Under the pieces are notes generated by a model that saw nothing but the letters and a program-made list of their open reading frames with translations, was not told the DNA's origin and did no database searches. From the human T2T-CHM13v2.0 reference genome, Homo sapiens: 64,000 nucleotides of DNA. Both the position numbers and the translations under genes were made by a program. Position 1 is the first letter of the stretch. Every line of letters begins with the position of its first letter. Below, one piece after another: positions 42,331 through 55,430 of the stretch. The stretch is taken from NCBI RefSeq assembly GCF_009914755.1, contig NC_060928.1. One strand, written 5' to 3'.

Positions 42331-43424
42331 TGTAAGGTTCTCCAATATATACATATTGAGTATACATATTGAGGATCAATAGATTGACAAATAAACTATT
42401 ATTTTGCCATAAAAATGTGTGATTGCTTAGGGTCAAAGGCAATTTGAGAGGAAACAAAACCAAGAATTTCCCCCTTAAAAAGAAGACTGATATGAAGATG
42501 TCTTATGTAATTTGCTTTTATTCATTGTCTCCAGAGGCTGCTGATGGTTTCCCAATACATTTGGTATCTATCTATCTATTTCTCTGTCTATCTATTTATC
42601 AAGTGGAATCCTTGGCATTTACAAAAATCTAATCTGATTTTATTGCTGAAAGTAGAAATATATGGGAGAGAAAAAAAGTATCCCATCTCCTCTGGTGTTG
42701 ATGGCACAAATGAGAGCTCCGTGTTTCATTCCAATGAGATTGTGGCTTTCATTAATTTCACACCCTCAGCTGATGAATGAAATTGTTTTGTTGTGCTAGG
42801 CAGACTGCTCCTGCAGAGTAATTAATCCCAAATGAAGGGTTGGAAAAACTGCCAGTGAAAATGCTGTATATCTGCAGCTCAGCTGAGACTCACCAGAGAG
42901 GACTTCGCTGGCAGCGACTCATGACTTTATGATCTCTCTCCCTTACATAGGGAGAGTGACAAATGGAGCCACTGACACCTGTTTTAATTAAATTGTCACT
43001 GAAGCAGGTGGCCAGTCAGGATGGAGGTACAGAGGGCTTTTTAGAGTTCCTGAGATAAGAGTTTCTTAGGGTGAATAAATTTTACTGGAAAAGAAGCTGC
43101 CCTGGCAGAAAGGCTACCTTAGTATTTCTAGGGGAAACAGGATGAACGGGGGCTATTAAGTACAAACCATAATGTTCTAATAGGACTATTAGAGGACAAG
43201 ATAAAAATTAGACAATTAAAGTGAGAGAGGGAAGGAAGTCCATGAACAAGCATCTTAACATTTAGTTTTTCAATATTATGAGATATGATACAAAACCTAA
43301 CTGGTGAATAGGCATTTTAGGATTCCAGAAAAGTCAGCACTTACTTTTATCTGTGTATAAAGTGGTTTGGAATCAGTTTCATATGAAACTGATTATATAT
43401 TGAAACTGAAATATATATCTGCAT

Positions 43425-43485
43425 AATTGGTTACAAAAATAATGGAAAGCAGCAGAGATCAGAATAAATACTCTTGGTGTTGTCA
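43425..43485. repeat. Third copy of the palindrome arm end
   Basis: 57/61 identical to the reverse complement of 43987-44047. Confidence 0.93.
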
Positions 43486-43491
43486 ATGGTC

Positions 43492-43807
43492 TTTCTCATA
43501 GTTCTGGAAGCTGGGAAGTCCAAGATCAATGTGCCAACATGTTTGGTGTCTGGTAGTGTCTGGTATCTGCTTCCAATATGGCACCTCATCTAGAGGGGAG
43601 GAACACTGTTTTCACAAGGCAGAAGAGCAAAAGGAGGCAAACTCACTCCTGAAAGCCATTTTTACTTGTGGCATGAACCCATTAATGAGAGTGAAGACTT
43701 CATGACCTAAACACCTCCCATGAGGCCACTCTTACTAGCACTGTTGCGTTGGTGATTAAGTTTCCAACACATGAGTTTTGGAGGGGACCAAATATTCAAA
43801 CCATAAA
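43492..43807 (-). mobile_element. MST (MSTC-like) LTR lacking its 3' end
   Basis: TTTCTCATAGTTCTGGAAGCTGGGAAGTCCAAGATCAA...TTTTGGAGGGGAC...TTCAAACCATA. Confidence 0.8.
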
Positions 43808-43985
43808 GTTTGGCTTCATGGTATGCCCCCATTTTCTCCTCTATGTTCCAGTTCCATTTTTTGCTTCCCACTGTGGCTGATGCTTATTCTTGTGAACATC
43901 CACTTCTGCTGAACATGAGTGCTCCCTCCACAGGTGCCCCTGTGCTCTGGGCTGAAGTCCTTTGTGCTTTGCCTTGAAAGAGCAG

Positions 43986-44426
43986 ATGACAACACCAAGA
44001 ATATTTATTCTGATATCTGCTGCTTTCCATTAATTTTGTAACAAATTCCTGTGTTTTGACCATCTCTCTTTTGACACATGAGTTCTTTCCCAATAAGCAT
44101 CTAAGTTAACTCACACGAATAAAACTCTAGACTATGCTCCCTTTTTGACATTCCATTACAGGCTCAATCCTAGAGTGAATCTATCCTAGGATCAAGCTGG
44201 ACAGGATAAATTCACTCTATCCTGTAGATAGAAGAGCTCCTTTGATCTTCCTGTTTGGAAAATTAAAAAGCGAGTGGAGTCTAGAGTTTTGTTCATGTGA
44301 ATTAACTGAGATACCTATTGGGAGAGAAGTCATGTATCAAAAGAGAGATGGTCAAAACACAAGAATTTATTACAAAAATAATAGAAGGCAGCAGAAATCA
44401 GAATAACCTCTTCTTCTAGTTGTCAT
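43986..44426. repeat. Long imperfect inverted repeat / fold-back palindrome
   Basis: 44005-44155 vs 44256-44406 are reverse-complementary without gaps, 129/151 identical by hand count; inner stem 44171-44187 / 44203-44219 (16/17). Confidence 0.95.
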
Positions 44427-44444
44427 GTCAATAATAGCCAGCAT

Positions 44445-44805
44445 AACCATTTAATAATACTTTGGGTTAAAAAAACCTGTATTAGTTGCTAATATTTAAA
44501 ATCAAGATATTTTATACAGAATGGGGATTAGTGTCATCTTTTGAGAAAATTGACCAACATGGCAAAACGGGGCCTATAGTTCTTCAGGTAATAGCAGCAG
44601 CAGCTGTAGAGGCTGGCCTGTCAGACAGTCATGCCTTTCAGTTCAGCACTGTCTCTACTCGTCTTTATTATGTCCCTAAATCCATGACCAGGGGTTCTTG
44701 TTAGTTATCCTCATATCTACTCTTTTATTGTTTTATACCTGGCCTATGTCCTTCATGTGTACATTGCTTGCTTATCTCCTGTGGGTGTCTGAATTTGAGG
44801 ATATG
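44445..44805. mobile_element. MER102-like hAT-Charlie remnant
   Basis: TTGCTAATATTTAAAATCAAGA...CATGGCAAAACGGGGCC...CCTGTGGGTGTCTGAATTTGAG. Confidence 0.5.
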
Positions 44806-46422
44806 GGGCAGCTTCTTAGTCTACCTTCTTGGATGTGGTATTTTAAAAGTGTGCCATTCACTTTTGCTTTACATTTTATAATGATACGCTACAAAACTTT
44901 ATTCCTTTCCAGGATAAATCTGGGGTGTTGTGATTCCAGAGATAAACAGATTGAGGTATTTCAGATTACTGCCTTCAGAGTTGAGGGCTCAACAGAATGT
45001 GAAAGAAATACATTTGGATGATACAAAACTCAATTCACCAGGCCATGTTTTCTTCATTGTTCTCACTGGATGCCTTAGAACACACAGTATCTTCCACTGG
45101 GTCAGGGGAAACAAGGCCATTTCCAGGAAATGTGTTACATGCTGGGGAAAAGAATATATTCCCAGAACTCATTCTTTATTTTATATTTTGAGATTAAAAT
45201 TTTGATTTCTAGAAATGTAAATTTCTATAATATAAATTTCTTCATCATTTATATTATTGATTTGGAAATCTGTCAGTTGACTTCATCTCTCAGAGGTCTG
45301 ATGCATCATATAATGTGGTTTGCGGGAGAAATGGAATATAGAGTTATGTATGTTTTCAGGATGTCTGTAGAGTTTCTGCTCTGTGCAAAGCATCATGGCC
45401 TTTGTGGTAAAAGGAAATGGACTCAAACCTCCTAGAGAAGAGCAACAAGTCTTGCTGGTGTCTGCAGAGCAGGCAGGGGTCTGACATTGCTGACCATTCA
45501 TTAGCAGAGCTTCTTTAGCATCACTGGCTGACAGAGTTTATTGAAGGACAATAGACAAATGACAAATGACTTCTAGAACTGGCTGCCCTACTTGGAGTCA
45601 GCAATTGGCAAGGTGAAGGATGAAGGAAGAGGGATGAGCAGTGAGCACAGGCAGTGAGTATATACCATTGAGGAGTTACCTCAACTAAAGAGAATGTTTT
45701 AATATTTCTAATGATATGCCTGCTCATTCAGCCAAAAAGCCTTTTATTTACAACTTATAATGGCCCAATGAGTGAATTAATTTGCTACCTTTGCCACCAC
45801 ATTAAATGCAAACATCAGGAAGAATGGTATTCAAAGCCAAGTATGAAATAACGATATATAAGTTGAGACAATGTGTCACACAGAAATAGCAAATAGCATT
45901 GTAATGTATGGTAAGCATGCCTAGAAGAGCTGGAAGCTTAGAGAATGTGTTGACGTGGTTTGTACAAAGCAGCCATTAGAAAGGTGCAGAGGTTCTACTG
46001 CAGATCCCAGTGCATGTCAGTGGGTCCTTTTATCTTATCAAGATGGATAACTCTTGCAGGGTATAAGTTTTTTCTCCCTGCCTCACTTCCTTCCTTCCAT
46101 TTTTCTTTTGTTTCTTATAAAATGTCTTAAAAATAATTTTTGGAATATCAAATATGTACATTTTACTCTTCTCTCATTTCCTACACTGAGCCATTACACT
46201 AATTCTGATTAAATCCTTATGATAGTGCCCTTAATAGTTCTTCCCTCTGGGTTTTTTGATTTTCTTTAGTAAGTAGAGTCCAGTACATTATTCCCAGTCT
46301 ACTTTGCTATGCGGCTATCATTCAAGTTTGCAATAATTTTCTCTTTAATCTCTATTACAGAAAACAAATTCCAATGAGCTTTCCACACAGGCTCTATTAG
46401 TACCTACATCCACTTTTTACTC

Positions 46423-46776
46423 TGCAATGGTCTGAATGTGTCCCTTTAAAATTCATATGTTGAAATCCTAACCTCCAAGATGATGGCGTTAGGGTTGGCC
46501 TTTGGGAGATGATGAGATCCTGAGGGTGGAGTCATCATAAATGGGATTTGTTCTCTTATAATATAGGCCCAAGGGAGCTTGCTTGCCCCTTCTACCATGT
46601 GAGGACATAGTGAGAAGGCATCATCTACAAGTAACGGTCCCTCACCACACATGGAATCTGCTGGTACCTTGATCCTGGACTTCCCACCCTCTAGAACTCA
46701 GAGACATGAATTACTGTTATTTATAAGCCACCCAGTTTATGGTATTTTGTTATAGCAGCCCAAGTGGTCTAAGACA
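46423..46776 (+). mobile_element. MLT1A0-like solo LTR
   Basis: TGCAATGGTCTGAATGTGTCCC...TTGTTATAGCAGCCCAAG...CTAAGACA. Confidence 0.88.
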
Positions 46777-49739
46777 CATCTGTTTCTAGAATTTCCTTTT
46801 TTCTCTAAGAGTCTTCTAAATTTGGAAATTCAGAACTGTATCATGCTTCTGGTTAACTAAATATCCAACTGCAGGAAATACTATGATGGGAGACATTGAA
46901 TAATTCTCTAGTTAGAATTCATGGGCAGAGTATGGGGTACACCGTGTACTATGTATATATAGATATACCTGAGTATATGTACTCAGTCCCTCTCTAAACA
47001 GCTTATTTAGTGTGAATTTGGTGAGATTTAAAAAATGGATGGTTTTATTTCTTTCAGATTACCATATTTAAATATGTTTTATCGAATTTCTCTTAAAAAA
47101 ATCTTGTCAACATCTTAAATTCCATAATGATACCAGAATGTTCTACCTCTAAAACATTCATTCTCTGATACCATTCAATCTTTTCTTTTCTCTATTGCTG
47201 ACTTGACTTAGGGCTGGAAGAACTAGGAGAGACGAGGGTCTGTGCCCTACTCCTGGAACATGCTGCCCACCTTCCTTTTCCTCATCCTCCTCCCCTTCCT
47301 GTGTCCACATGCCTGTGTTGCAGGAAGGAGAAAAGCGATTGGAAGTGACAGTGTTTCTTGTTTATCACTTCTCTGGCATTGGTTGGTGGCCACAGATTTC
47401 TCTCTGTTGCCTGCCCCAACATCTGTTAGGCCTGGGATATGAGTACAAATGGAGGTCTAGGTTTCCTCTGTCTAAATATTAAGAAGTTATAGATCAAGGT
47501 AACAAAGTATTAAATAAAATATGTTCCATGCCCTTATTTTGATAGATATATATTTATAATGATTTGCACAGTCAAATTGGGGTTTAGACTTCTTGAACTT
47601 CTTGGAATTTTGTATGTTAGCATGGTGGCATGGGATACACTGTCACTGCCCCTGCCTCCTGGTCTGTCTGTGGCCCAAGGCCTTCTGTCCTTCTCTCTCT
47701 AGCCCTAGGTCTGTCTCACACTAACCGTGACCTCCTACACCTGTGTGTGGTCAGCCTAGTTGACATTTTCAAGCTTCTTACCTCCTGCGATCAGCTGCAA
47801 ATTGCCACCCCTTGGCCACTCTTTGAATCTGAAGTTTGTGCTTTGCAAGATAATGGGCTCACGAAGAAGCCCATGAGGCTCTGGAAGCAGGCTTGGGCCC
47901 ATCTGGAGAGATAGTTCTGCAGTGCTGGGTACTTAGAACATGATTTAGAAGAGGATGAAGGTTTCAGATATGTATGTCCCCATGTCCCCCAGTAGGGCAA
48001 GAATGAAGTCCTCTAGAGAGTAGGTTAAAGGTATTGGCCCCTGTTACCCAGTTCTGAGGGAGCAGTAATGGTGGTATCAGTGAGATCCTGAGGCCTCCTT
48101 GTAAATGGCTTGTAAATATGGGAAATATATTCCCCTTGCTGTCTTTTGTTATCAGTCATAACCTCCATGCTAGATACCCCTTCATGGCCTTTTGCTGCTG
48201 GAATTTTCTCACCTAGAGACCAATCTTCTTTCGTATGGTGCCAGCAAGATGCCTCTGTGGTACTCACTTCACCTACGGTATCCTCCTCTGGCTTCACAGT
48301 GCTAAATAGTAAGAAAGTAAGTGGCTTCACTGTGCCCTTCCGTCACCTTGCCAGCTCTCTCCACTTCTGTTTTCCTTGGTCAAAATAGTCACTGACATCA
48401 GATCTGCACAATAATTGCATAAATGAACACTCAACCCCCAACCTGACATTAGTCTGCTTTCTCACAGATACCTCTCAATCTTGATGAATGATTCTCTTGG
48501 ACTTCTCCTGGCTTGGGCTCAGCAGAGGAGTCTTCTTATTCACCCCTCCATAAGGGAGGGAGGAGTGGATAAGAGATAGCCCTGCCTTCCCAGGCTAACA
48601 ACTGCCTACTCAATGGTCCTCTGTCCCCCTTACCTTCTGCTCATGTAAGCTGGGTAATAGCAGTAGGATATGTGATAACTGAGCTTGTTTGTTTGTTTCT
48701 TAATAAACCCAAGAGAGGCTGTTGACCCACAATTATTAGGTACCTTATGTGCTTACATTCTTGGCTTACAACCTCAGTAGTCCATTCGAGGCCCAATAAG
48801 CAAATCTCTCTATATCCTAATATGCATGCAAACAAAATATATCTTCTATTAGAGGAGGTAACTTTGCCAGTTAAAAAAATGGACTATTTATCCAAATGTT
48901 TACCTTGATCTTTGCTTTTTGTGTACAGAAATGTTATTTTACCTCACAGTTACACAAATAGCATGATTGTAATTTGGCTTTAAAATGTGTCCTGGGCCAC
49001 ATCCAAGTTATCAATTTAATTCCTTTTCTTCCTAGCCTTGCCCCATGCTTCTATGCCTCCATCTGTCACTGGGTAAGGAGAAGCACACACAGTATTCCCA
49101 CAAAAACCAAATCCTCAAAAAATATCCAAGGATGCTTCAACATGCCTCTTTTTTTTTGCTTCAGAGACACACATGATAGATACTGCTCACTGGCCAAGCA
49201 ACATTTCATGGGTAGCACTGAAGGTGATGCATAGCTTCCGGGGTGGTACTTTCACCCTATTCCCTTTTATTCAGGTGGAAGTTTCAAGATGCTGGTGAGG
49301 GAGCAAGAAGTGATTATGGAGAAGACCTTGAATTCACTCTATTTTATATTAAAAAGTAAACCACTCACCAACATCATTGCAGTTATTGGTAATAAATTGC
49401 CTGCCACAAATTGCACAACTGATTGTGATACTAAAGTTGACAAGCAATTCCCTAGCTCACCTAAAGTAGAAAAAGCAATAGACAGCAAGATGCTATAATG
49501 AAGGGAGAAGCTTTGATGCTTGGGAGATGCCTGAGAGGAATCCTAATTCATGGCAGACCCTACATACAAGAATCGGGTCTTACAATTCACTTTCAAATTT
49601 GACAAGTGCTCATTAACTACTGTTTTACTTTTACATAGTTTTGATATTGTTAGAAATATTTATGTGAAACAATGCTTGGATTGTATAATAAACACACATA
49701 TGTGTGTGTGTTTGTATGCATGTGGGTGTGTGTGTAAGG

Positions 49740-49935
49740 CACCTGGAATGATGATTGATGATTTTACCTATATTGTCACACTTACACTCAAAGTATCTCT
49801 GCAGGAGAGGCAAAATTAATTTCATTTCACAGATAAGAAAGCAGAGGCTCAGAAAATTTACATAATCCGCCCAAGGTTGTACATTTAAGAAGCAATGAAA
49901 ACTGTCTTGCAGCTCAGGACTTTCTAAATCCAAAC
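49740..49935 (-). mobile_element. MIR SINE
   Basis: CATTTCACAGATAAGAAAGCAGAGGCTCAGAAAATTTACATAATCCGCCCAAGG. Confidence 0.7.
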
Positions 49936-52900
49936 CAATTTTCTAGTCACAATTTCCTTCTCTCCCTTTCTTCTTTACTTCTTTCCTTTACTTAACAAAA
50001 ATGTTTGGAAGACCCATTATGAATGCTAGGAATGTTTCTGGGTGCTGTGTATACAGCAGAAACTATCCAATGTTCCTGCCTGCCCTCCTAGAACTTACTT
50101 CCTAATTAGAGGCAAATACTAATCAACCAAATATCATAAATAAATGCATAATGTACCATCAAGTCATGATAAATGCTCTGAAGCAAACTTCCAAAAGGAA
50201 AGGAGATTGAGAATGCAGGATGGGGGTAACAGGTAAGGGCAAGAGTAAGGTGCCATATTACATCTGGCGTCAGGGAAGTCTAAAAACTGCCAGGCTTCCC
50301 AAGACTTTGACAGGTTTATTGAAATATCTAAATTCCACAATTTCCCTGTAAACAATATGCATTTGTTAGCAGAAACTTTTACTTGCTTTCTGCAATTTGT
50401 TTGCAGATAATAGTTATATTATATGCCAATGTATGCATTGGCCCTAAGCATGAAAGAGAAAAAAAAAAAAGAAAGCTTATGAGGAGTTTCTGGAAGCATG
50501 AGAAGATGTCTGAGTATATTTAAAGAGCACATAGGTCCTTATATATCAAGTAGGTACAGCTCCTGTGATTCTTGGGTGTAAAGGTTGGATGCCCCTTTAA
50601 CTAGGACCAAGATTACATGTTTTTGGAAGGTGGAAGGAAATTTAATGGAGAGGAGAGAGTTGGTGAAGAATTGGTTGGGGGGCATGAGTAAAGGCAAATT
50701 GCCAATGGAAGTAGGATGTTCCAACAACTGAAGGCATTTCATGTTTGTATTACTCAAGGAATGTAAAAAACTTGAAATAATTCAATTCCACAAGCAAATA
50801 AGAAGTGAGGCATTTTATAAAGTGCATCAGGATCCTGAATCAAAGGTTCATTTTAAGAATAAATTGCAGCAGCCCAGTTAACCAAATTTTGCTAATTTCA
50901 GTTGCCTGCTCATTTTTTTCCGGCAACTTGGTTATCATTGCCATTTATTTCAGCAATTTTCTTAATGACCTTCTCAGAATGATATTCTCAGATATAACTG
51001 TCTTCAAAAAATATGCTAAATTCATGTAAAAATGTTGCAGTCTATTTCCTTCTTCACAGTTAGAAATGAAACAGAATCACTTGGACTTGTACCCTTCCAC
51101 CATCTTTGCAGGGGACTTAATGAGCTGGAAAGATAGAGTAACATGGAGAGAAATTACTCTGATAGGGGCAGAATATGGAGAAACACAGGTAGTCTTGAAA
51201 GACAGCTGATTCAATTAATCCCACCAGCCATTTTACCAGCTCCATAGATCAGACATAAGGCCGAGTTGGACACTTCCTGGAAATAAATGAGTGAGAACTT
51301 TAGTGTAGAAGGAGTTTGGGTGGGGGAAGTTCAGATAACTCTGGGTCATTAATGACTTATTAAATACTGCCATGGAAAAAACTACTTTCACTGAACATTT
51401 CCAAGCTCCTTGAGAAAAAAAGTTTGTTTCCAAAGTGTTCTAACCTTTCGACTTTTTCCACTTGAAGATACTCGACTAATATGTTTCCTGCTAGCTGTCA
51501 CATTGCTGTTAGTGAGTGCACAATGATTCTGAGTGGCTGCACTATGTTGTAGGATTTCATAAACTCAAGCAATCCTAACAGTACCAAGTGGAATTTGGCA
51601 GTTCTAAGAGACAAGCTTATTGTGAAGTTCCTTTCATTCTTTTTTTTCTTTTTGCTCAACCCTGGGTGAATACAGGTAAAAATACTTGAAGTATAAACGA
51701 GAATGTTAGCTCCATATGAGCAGAAATTATTTTTTGGTCTGTTTTATTTACTTGTGTATCACCAGTGCACAGAATGGTGCCTGGCATATAGCAGAGGAAC
51801 AATTAACTTTATTTAAAATAAATGAACAATGGAGCTGGTATCACCCAACTTATATTTTTAAAACTCACCATTCACAGATTTGGGAATACTTTTTTTTTTT
51901 TCCAACTTTTGGAAAGCATTCCCTTGACTCAGTGATAATGTGGACTTTCCTGTTACATTTGAATGCTTAGTTACATTGTGCTGTACAATTTTACTATTCA
52001 AAACTAACGTTACACATATTTCACATTGTTTTTTTTTTGTGAAATTGTAAGTTTCTGTTAGTTGCAGATCATATTTGACACCAAAACCTGTAGCTGACTT
52101 ATGCTCTAATTGGGGATGATAGCTAAACTTGTGGCTGAAGATGTCTTTCATTAATTAACTTTTAAATTGTGGTTGAAGATGTTTTTAATCATCCAACAGA
52201 AAAATCAGTTCCCAAATAGCATATTGGTTTTCCATGGTTTTCTTTTCGTTTCTCCTGGAGTTACTTATTCTGCATTGATTCATTAATTCAGCTTATGCAT
52301 ATTGAGCATCTACTAAGTTTTGCAACACAGCTTACAGTGCTGGAAATGCAAAACTGATTGTCATAGACTATAAGCTCTGGAGTTATAAGGGAGACAGAAA
52401 ACAAAACTAACCATCACCCAAATCATTATTATTATTCTGAGACCTTTTATTTGTCTTTACCCATATGCCACCATTGACATTACCTAGGATCAAATGGGAC
52501 CTCTTAAAGAGCATTTGTTGGTTCTCAACCATCCCACAGGATTCAGGGATGGCCTAGTTTAGTTTCCAGGGAAGGGGTAGACCAGCTGGTAGTTTTGCAT
52601 GAAATACATTGTGGCAAACTGTTTCAGCATACTGAGGCTGGGGTTGTCTTGCTATGATCTGAGAACCATGATTAAAATATCCAAGGGGAAACCAAATATG
52701 GAAGACAAATGCTGGAGATGATGCTACCAAAAGTTAGTTAACAAGGCCAAATTCAAGGAGAGAGCATGCTTACGCCCCTGCTACAATGATGCTTCTAGAG
52801 ACCTCACAGAAATTCCTCTGAGAATGGCATCTGACAGTATGTAACCTAGACTATAAATTTGCTATAAATTTACAAACAGATTTTTACGAAATGTTTAAAA

Positions 52901-53215
52901 TGCTAAACTTTTCACTAGGCATCTTAAAGAAGTAAAAAGGTGTTTAAAATTCAATTCTTTCACCCAAGTTCTTGCTACCTGGGAGAGAGAGATGAATATA
53001 TGGGAAACAACAGTGATAGAATAAGATGATTTAAATGTCTGGACCTAAGAAAGAAAGAACTGCAAGAAAACAGAAAAAAAAAATAATTCTGCTAAGATCT
53101 TTTGGAAACCTTGGAGACCCAAGAGAAGCTTGATTTGAAATTCAAGAACAGAAAATAGAGTAGAAATATGGGAAGTAGGAAAGTGGGGAGGGAAATTTTC
53201 CCCATTAAGGGTAAA

Positions 53216-53600
53216 TGTTTTAGGTTGAGTTCCCTAGACAAGAACTTGTGTGCAGGTAATTTATTTGGGAAGTGATCTCAGGAAGCCCCTGTAGGAGAGT
53301 GGGGATTGAGCAGAGAAGGGAAGAAAACCAATAAAAGAAAACCAAACTTGCTTGAGCTTAAACAAGTTACTGCTGTAGACAGCTAGAGCTCAATCCTGTA
53401 TAGAACACTCTTCAGAGGGGCAAGGAATCTGGCATATTTATCCTCCAGTACTTATCTGGCTAAGGGTTACTTCATGGAGCATTAACTCTCCAGAATTCCA
53501 GCAGAGAGCAAGCCGATGGGTAGAGAGTTACAGGCATGTGCAGCAGGATTAGTGACACACCCTGGGAATGCGTGAATCATTGGAGTATTAGGTAGTACTT
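53216..53600 (-). mobile_element. LTR16C-like ERVL LTR
   Basis: TTAGGTTGAGTTCCC...TTTATTTGGGAAGTGATCTCAGGAAG...AAAACCAATAAA. Confidence 0.6.
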
Positions 53601-53916
53601 CTACTCTTGGAAGCACATATGGAGAAATAGTCCTGCACACGTTTCCAGGCTTGGCATTAAAATCACTCTGATAATAACATGTTTTAGAAGTTGGAATTCA
53701 CTACAATAAGTATAAAGAATACCCATCCAGCAGATGACATGAGGAAATATCAGGCCTGAGGATGTTCAGGAAGCTTGGTTCCTTATGTCTCTCCATTTCC
53801 TCTTGAGAGAGGTATTAGAGGCAATGGTCTTCTGCCTCCCCAGAGTAAGGTCCTGTTGGCAGGGGATAATCATAACTTTTATATGAGTAATTGCGTTATT
53901 CTGTGTTTGGTATTTT

Positions 53917-54430
53917 TGATGGGATAGTCAGGCAGGTGTGGCCACAAAAGGAGATGGAAGAGAGGCTCAGGAAAACAATGTTTGTTATACTCACAGGTTT
54001 TAGAGATAGGAGGCACTGCCTGCCTTGCAAAAGCACATGGAAGCACACCAGAGTGCTCAGGAGGCAGAAGATAGGAGCAAGGGGAGAGATTGGGCCACAG
54101 CCTTTACTGGTGTTTCCATGGGAAAGGCAAGGCAAGGCAAGGGAGGGTAAACAATTTAGGATTGGCTCAATGCTATAGGGGTGGTCCCTAGTTGTCTGAT
54201 CCCTGACCCTTGGATAATTAGAGCAGAACATTACCACAGACATAGGATGTGTGTCTCTGGATTGGCTAGTTTGCATATCAAAGGCATGATTCAGGCTTAG
54301 TCCTTTGCTGTCTCTAAGAACTAGCCTAGCCATGGAAGGGCACTTTCTCCCCATCTAGAAAGACTTTTTTCTTTATTTTTAAAAAGATGTCAAAACATCA
54401 TTATATATAGAAAATAAAAAAATACATACA
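53917..54430 (-). mobile_element. ERVL LTR (MER54/MER74-like)
   Basis: GCCTTTACTGGTGTTTCCATGGGAAAGGCAAGGCA...TAAACAATTTAGGATTGGCT; GGATTGGCTAGTTTGCATATC. Confidence 0.55.
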
Positions 54431-54576
54431 CTACCATCTGAAACTCCAGATATTACCTTATTTGGTTGCAAAAATTGCACACCTGGACTTAACATCTGGG
54501 TTCTGGATATAATTTCTTACTATGTCTTCAGCACTCTCTTATTATATTGTGCATAGGTTATGTAAGGATGACCAGC

Positions 54577-54980
54577 TGTCACACAAGAGCAATCACTTTG
54601 CAAATATAAAAATGATGACCTGTCTGTGAACAAGAGGCACCATTTGTCTATGGAATGGCAAGGCCTTATAAGGATTCACCCCAGCAGGCAAATGTCCCCA
54701 CACAGGAGGTTTGCACAGTGGCCTATAATAGCCTGCATAGGAAGCAGAGAAGTCTTGAAAGAAAAGATCACTTTCAGTGGCACTAGCATTAGGGCCTTTA
54801 TTAACAAAGATGTCATGGAGGCTTCTCAGCAGAAATCTTGTCATCAGGCAGGAGAGACAGAGATGAAGCAGAAGAGGAGAAATATGGCAGCCTCAGAGTG
54901 CCTGTGGAGAGAATCTCACTCATAAGCATATGTGAGTTCCCTTAGAAACTCCTGTATTTATTTGGGGAGGATTTGGAGGT
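54577..54980 (-). mobile_element. LTR40-like ERVL LTR
   Basis: GTGAACAAGAGGCACCATTTGTCT...CCCCAGCAGGC...TTTGCACAGTGG. Confidence 0.4.
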
Positions 54981-55189
54981 TGGGTCTGTGTTTGTGTGGG
55001 TGGGGGAAGTGAGTAGGTTTGAGAAGGTGGAAGACGGAGAAATGCTACTTAAAGTCACACAAGTGTAGGCTGCCTGAGCCTCTCAAAATGGGTCTAATTT
55101 CATGTAGTATTCAAATAGAATGACCCAAGCTGCCCCCATCCAATGAATGGAGAGGGGCCCACCATTCCTCAAAATAATCCTTGATATAG

Positions 55190-55430
55190 CAATAATAATA
55201 ATTATAACACCTGCACCATAAAAATTGTTCCAAGCATTTTTATACCCTCTGTGCATGTATTATCTCATAAATTCTCATGATCACTCCTTTGAGCCAATTC
55301 TATTACTATTTCCATTTTAGGGGTAAGGAAACTGAAGTATAAAGAGCTCAAGTGCATCTCTAAGACCACACTGTTGATTGATGGCAGGACCGAGAGCTGA
55401 AGCCAAGCCTTAACATCTATGCTCTGCCTT
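55190..55430 (-). mobile_element. MIR SINE
   Basis: CCATTTTAGGGGTAAGGAAACTGAAG...AAGACCACACTG. Confidence 0.65.

Noticed and set aside
47430-48040. Possible ancient DNA transposon remnant
   Set aside because: Looks repeat-like but I cannot assign family or ends reliably; many short L2/MIR scraps elsewhere were omitted for the same reason
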